DNA from: Takakia lepidozioides
Taxonomy: Eukaryota > Plantae > Bryophyta
Assembly (NCBI GenBank): GCA_030704615.1
Contig: CM060734.1
Location: 34,596,001-34,660,000 of the forward strand
Length of the DNA: 64,000 bases
Reading direction: 5' to 3'
The position numbers and the translations under genes are program-made. This document shows positions 58,575-64,000 of the stretch, one piece after another (position 1 is the stretch's first letter; every line of letters starts with the position of its first letter). The notes under the pieces were generated by a model. That model did no database searches, was not told the DNA's origin, and saw only the letters and a list, made by a program, of their open reading frames with translations.

Positions 58575-61559
58575 AATGAAATGCTTGTCACCTAATTGAA
58601 TGTATTAAACTTTGTCAGCTGCGAGTCAGGTTGGACTCCAACAGTGGCAGCAAAGGCGTACGAAATCTCTTTTTGGAGAGGAATTCTCAACAGTAGGTTT
58701 TGAATATAATTTGACCTTGCGAAGGTTGAAACTGTAGCAGAAGTTCAGAAACTATCCTAGTTGATGAACAGAGGTACAGTGACTAGGTCTTGAAGGTCAA
58801 GAAGGTCACTCTCTGATGAAAATACCCAAGACTATATATCAGAAAATGGAAACTTTCTTCAGGCCTCTTGCACATCGGGCATTGACAATGTCCCTTTCCT
58901 CTCTGCATCTGATTATTGTTCAAAGTGAGATTCCACAACAAGTTTTATCAAAGGCAAACAGTTTTTTTAATTAATTTATTAGATTTTATTTTATTTTTAA
59001 ATGAATAAACTTGATATAATATAAAAACATACATATACATATTTGAGGGTAATTTTTAATTATTGAAAAGGGAAATATACATACAGAAGGGGGTACTTTT
59101 TTTTTAAATTATAAATTTCTATATATTTACAGGAGGGGGTTTTATAATCTTCAAAATGTATGTACAGAGGGGGTATAAATGATCCAAGGACCCGTATACA
59201 GGGGGTTTTTTTATTAGGCTGCGAACGCACGTGATACGGACATTTTATAAAGAGTGCACCCCCCAGGCTGGCACCCCTCCATCCTCTCTCCCCCCTTTCC
59301 CATACCCACCTCTCTTTTCAGCTGATTGTGCTGCTCTCTCACTTCAATTACCTGTGCAGGAACTCACTCAGGCTGCTCTCATCACCAAATGCACGCCAAG
59401 CCCCCATACACTACATGCCAGCTCCATCAACATAAGCGGCAGCCCTCCCCACGTGAAGCAACTATGCTGCCATCAACAAGGTCCCCCCCCCAGGCCCCCG
59501 CTATGCCGTCTTAGCCCAACAATTATATCAAGTTCACACTCTTCCGGCTTCCCGGTCTCGCTGGTTTGCCACCCTCAACCAAAGATCATTGCCCCACGAC
59601 TCTATCACAGCTCCATCTGGACTGTCCAAGCCAACGGAGTCCACGGGTGCCGGCACCAACATGCCAAATCTGATCAGGACTTATCTAATTCAACAGCTAA
59701 CACCATTTCTGCTCTCTCATCTCTCCAAACAGCTCTATGTACTTAGATACAGTTGTGTCATTGACTTAAGTTCCCGCTTCAGCCCATTGGTACCCAAGCC
59801 CCCAGCGTGGGGCTGCGCTAACAGGATAGCTTACTCTAACTTCATACCCCTCTATTGGAACCAATTGGCTACACCTCTCCCTTTTGTAGGCTCCACTGTG
59901 TATTTGCGATTAACCTCATATACAATCCCTACGTACCAATTCTCCACCTCCTTCCACCACTTTCCATGTAGACACTCCGTCAATGTTGGACACCCATTAT
60001 ATACTTTTGCCCCTTCACACAACATGACCCACTCCCTGCTGACGTAGGAACTGACTTCCTCTATGTACCACTACCACGCTCACCACACCGCAATCACTTG
60101 GAATCAATCAGGCTCTTTCTATGTACCATTTTTCATTATAATTCTTTCACATAGTCCATCGGCCACCGCTGGTTACCCCCTGCTCCACCTGTTCTCACTT
60201 CAGCCTGCTGCGCAGGTCACCAACATATGGACACACCATTATACCCATGCTCACTGTGCAGCCTGTAAGCTACTCACCTCAATATACCAAGCCCCTATTC
60301 TGTTAAAAATCCATGCCGACATGGGCCTCACTCTACCTAGCACAGGGCTGGTTTACCAACGTACGATCCTCTCCAAATCTTTCTATAGACACCCCCTCAA
60401 CTTGGGCTATCTACCGCTACACATTAAAAGTCGTCAATTCCTCGCCATAATACCCCCACCACGCCATTATACAAGTAATCCTCAACCTCATCCTGTTCTC
60501 TCTGCCACACTCGCTATCTCCCTCGCATCTTACTCACTCTCTCTCGTTTGTAAAAATCTATCTTGCTTCCATTCCACGTTCATCCGCACCCATACCTCAC
60601 CAAGGTGTCTGGCCCAGCCTGCCTCTCCATCACGACACAAGACACCCCCCGTCACACAACACGGCTCATTAACACTCCGATTCAATCAACCCCCCAACGT
60701 TTCAATAGCTGACGTAATCCCTTCCCTGCCCCCTATTCACTACTCTATTCCCCAAGTCCATTACTCTACTCCTCTCATCTCCCAAATATTCATACACAAC
60801 ACAAGCCCGCAAAAGAGCAATTTTCCTAATACCCGTGCGAATTCACAACACATCCTTAATTTCCAACTAGAGACACAACGAGTAAATTCTCAACAAGCAT
60901 CCTATCTCCTCCCAGCCACTCTTGTGCGGGCCCTTTGTTTGTATTCATGCTCCATTAATGCCCATCGCCAGTGGTGCCCCCCCCCCCCTTCAGAGTCATA
61001 TCTGCCAAAATCGAATGCTTCGATCTGCAATCTCCCTCCCCGCCGCCTGCCCCTGGCAACATACTCTCACCAACCTCCAATATAACCGAAACCCTGCCCA
61101 GCCGCAGCACAAGATCGCCGCTTAGCAATTACACACGGACTGTCACAGTTATGGCTCCCCCCTGCCCACGCTGCTCATTCAATATACCAAGCCGTCACCC
61201 CTCTACAACTACAATCTCTCCTCGAAACCCAGCCATCATATCTGGTACGCCCCCTCCCAACCCAACCCGTAACTGTCTCCCTCACCTCAACCTCTGCCAC
61301 CCACTCCTTCACCACCCTTACTACACTCACTCATGCACCACCCACTTAGCCTCTTCTTCTGCCATTCCACTCTCTTTATACCACCCCCTACAGTTTATTC
61401 CCATTCTGCTTCATACTCTACCACTCCCCCTCTCCACGCATGACTAGCGCACGTTCAGGTAGCATCCAAAAACAGTCTCACACCCTCCATAAGCATTCCC
61501 GCTCCATAGACAAAAAAACTCACAGTCGAAGGTCACCTATTAACCCCAGCCATGCCTGC

Positions 61560-62662
61560 AGCCCCTCTCGCAGGAACCAGATACATTGGAGTTGTCGCTT
61601 ACCCAGCTACCAAATCAGCCGTTCCGACTTTCACGACCTTCAACATCACGCCGACGCTCTCGAGACGATGGGCCACCAATGCGACACGTACTTCCTCGTC
61701 TGGACCCCGTACGACGGCAAGTGGAGCCTACTCGAAGTCTGATAATTTTGTTGGAGGTTGAGACTTCGGACCCAAAGGGCAACGAAATCATGTTTGAAGG
61801 CAGTTTCGAAAATCAGAATACTCAAATCACTGCGTGGTCCCAAGTTCAAGGTGTTGGACGCTATCGATGGTTGCAGGGACCTATAAATCATTTGAGTCAA
61901 GAACGAAGAGCCGAATACTTGGCAAGTACCATTCGCCGGATTTTGGATTTTCTCCAACTCTAAGCAAGTCCAAGATTTTACCGCTCCTCGAGGAACTCGA
62001 CGCTAGAGGAGGGGGTGATGTCACGGACATAGCCCAGAGGAATTTACCAAGAGTAAATACCAGAAGTTACCAAGTTACCAGAAGTTACCATGACCTACCG
62101 TGACTTACCATGATCTACCATGATTTACCATTACTTACCAAGTTACCGGAAGTTTACCAAATTATCAAGAGTAACTTGGGAAACTGCTCAGGAAGCTTCC
62201 TTTGGAAGAAACTTCTCCATCAAGATACCTCATTTGTTTAAGGAAGTTTCTCCATCAAGAAACCTTTGTTTAATCTTGGAAACTTCTCCAGCAAGCATCC
62301 TCCATAGGGAAAGCTTCTTAGGGAAGTTTCCTAGTAGCCAGTATATATAGGAGGCGAGACTGGACACTCTTCAGTCTCGCCAGCACTAGTTCAAGCTACT
62401 CTTGTTTCCAGTTTCCAGTACTCCAGTCCAGTTCCCAGTACCCTAGCCCAGTTTCTAGTATCTGGTACTCTAGTTCAGTTTCCAGCATTCTAGTATTCAA
62501 GTCGTGTTCCAATATCTTGTACTCTTGTTTATTGTTATAAAGATCGTCTTGATTCTTATTTACTCATCGTGCATTCGGCCACGCCGACCTTGACTTCTTG
62601 TCTAGCCTTGTACCTCTAGTCTTATCTCTTGTTTGTGTTCAGTCATGTTCTCGTCCTTGACA
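61560..62662 (+). mobile_element. 3' end of an LTR retrotransposon: unknown ORF, PPT and 644-bp LTR (62019-62662)
   Basis: PPT AGAGGAGGGGGTGA at 62005-62018. LTR termini TGTCACGGAC...GTCCTTGACA (inverted). TATATATA at ~62342; internal TTACCA and TCCAGT repeats. No 5' LTR in the window. Confidence 0.75.
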
Positions 62663-62710
62663 CCAGGTAACAGAGGGAGAGAGAAAGAAAGAAAGAAAGA
62701 AAGAGGGTGT

Positions 62711-62813
62711 ATGAGAAAACTAAAAAGAAGGTGGGGGGGAGGGAGTGACTGAGCAGCAGTAGCTGCTCAGTCACCCCCCCACACACATTTTTTTTTGGTT
62801 TTTTTTTCCTCAT
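62711..62813. repeat. Short foldback / inverted repeat
   Basis: Perfect 13-bp stem GTGACTGAGCAGC-AGTA-GCTGCTCAGTCAC (62745-62774) with imperfect G/C- and A/T-run extensions. Confidence 0.7.
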
Positions 62814-62979
62814 CTGGCTTTCTGTTAGAGGGCTATTTGGGACTTAGATACTTTTATAGGTTTTGTGGGGTACCCTTAATTTTTGCGCAGACTTACGGAT
62901 GGTAGACTTAGACCAACAGAGGCCTTAGGGATGACAGACACAGGCTTTAGGAGGGGGGGGGGGGGAGGGGGGGTAGACA

Positions 62980-63170
62980 AGCTTACACAGCCAGTCACAG
63001 CCCGTCACAGTCTATCACAACTCGACACAGCTTTGCACAGTCAGACACAGCACGACACAACCCGACACAGCTTCACACAGTTTCACACAACCAATCACAG
63101 TCCGACACAGTCCGACACAACTTGGCACAGTCACAGCCCGACACAGTTTGGCACAGCCCGTCACAGCGTA
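62980..63170. repeat. Degenerate ~10-bp ACACAG/TCACAG tandem repeat
   Basis: CCGACACAG, GTCACAGCC and GCACAGTC units repeated. Confidence 0.65.
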
Positions 63171-64000
63171 CATAGGAACGGTTATCATTGGCAGGGAATG
63201 ACTGTGTGAGAACGACATCTGCAGAGGGAACGTGTTTACTTCTTAGGTGATAGTTAGTTAGTTAGGCGGTTAGAACAGCTTGTAGATAAAATAGGCAGAG
63301 CAAGCATCATAGGGGAGTTTACGGGGGGGGGGCACTTCTTGGACATTGGCGAGAGGAGAAGGGGCAGAGAGCAAGAACGGGAGCAGAGATGGTGAGCACG
63401 GTTAAGGAGGAGAGATGAACAATAAATGTTTGTTATATGCAAAGCTGTAGTAATATTGTAAAGCAAATTAAAGACACAATGGCTTCGGCCTGATACCTGA
63501 TAAATCTTAATCTGATACTTATTCGAAACAATCACACTGTGTAGAGAGACATGAGTGAAGCTGTGGAATGAATGGATGAGTAAATGGAACCTGGTAGATA
63601 CTGAAGCAATCTGATGCTTCAGTATACACAGTAAGGTAATTTGCTAACATGAAGGCAAGAAGGAATACAAATAGGAAGCACAACCATGATTCACTAGCTG
63701 TAGGTCATGACTGATTGTTCCGAGCGGGCTGAGTGCTTAGAGATATCCAACTCTTCTATCTTGGAGTTTCCAGCTCGGATAGCGAAGGGATGGATGAGTA
63801 AAAGCCGCTCGACATTTGGCGACCATACTGGGGAACTGGGTCAAGAACAACCAGATGTGACAGACATCTGGTGGGATCATGGTGGTTGGAGAATTAAAGA
63901 ATTTGATGTGAATCAAATTCCCTGTGGAACTGAGAAAGAAAGGTTGTCCAAGCAATTCTTTCAGATATTCTTGGAATTGTCAGACGGTTGCAAAGAAAAC

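Noticed and set aside
60063-61085. 340-aa ORF as a real gene
   Set aside because: P/S/H/T-biased composition is expected from the C-rich, stop-poor strand; no motifs or splice structure.
63560-63960. Tyrosine-recombinase (DIRS-like) remnant on the minus strand
   Set aside because: Only a vague HxxR-like resemblance; no convincing catalytic motif set.

Overview
Eukaryotic, repeat-rich land-plant nuclear DNA with spliceosomal introns. A seed-free plant is likely (inference); a DYW fragment suggests a lineage with organellar C-to-U editing. Three host genes are present. (1) Minus strand: a WW + Q/P-rich low-complexity + CELF/FCA-type RRM gene that runs off the left edge and has a 10.4 kb intron full of LINEs. 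(2) Minus strand, directly upstream of it: a complete 4-exon FLX/FLL-like coiled-coil gene. (3) Plus strand: a 12-exon organellar histidyl-tRNA synthetase with an 8.3 kb intron holding a head-to-tail LINE array anchored in (TC)n. Between the divergent FLX-like and HisRS genes lies a 12.25 kb Mutator-like element with long GC-rich TIRs and a 9-bp TSD. It carries a decayed DDE/SWIM transposase and a large decayed Zn-finger/Q-T-repeat/Ulp1-protease gene, and is saturated with an orientation-polarised AGTC(T/C)G motif. Other elements: a 367-bp TRIM whose LTRs each contain a tRNA cloverleaf, a twin-primed LINE inversion, tRNA-derived SINEs, a hAT MITE, a PHD-bearing Gypsy remnant fused to a DYW-domain fragment, and an orphan 3' LTR. 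All coordinates and gene models were read by eye; no database search was run.
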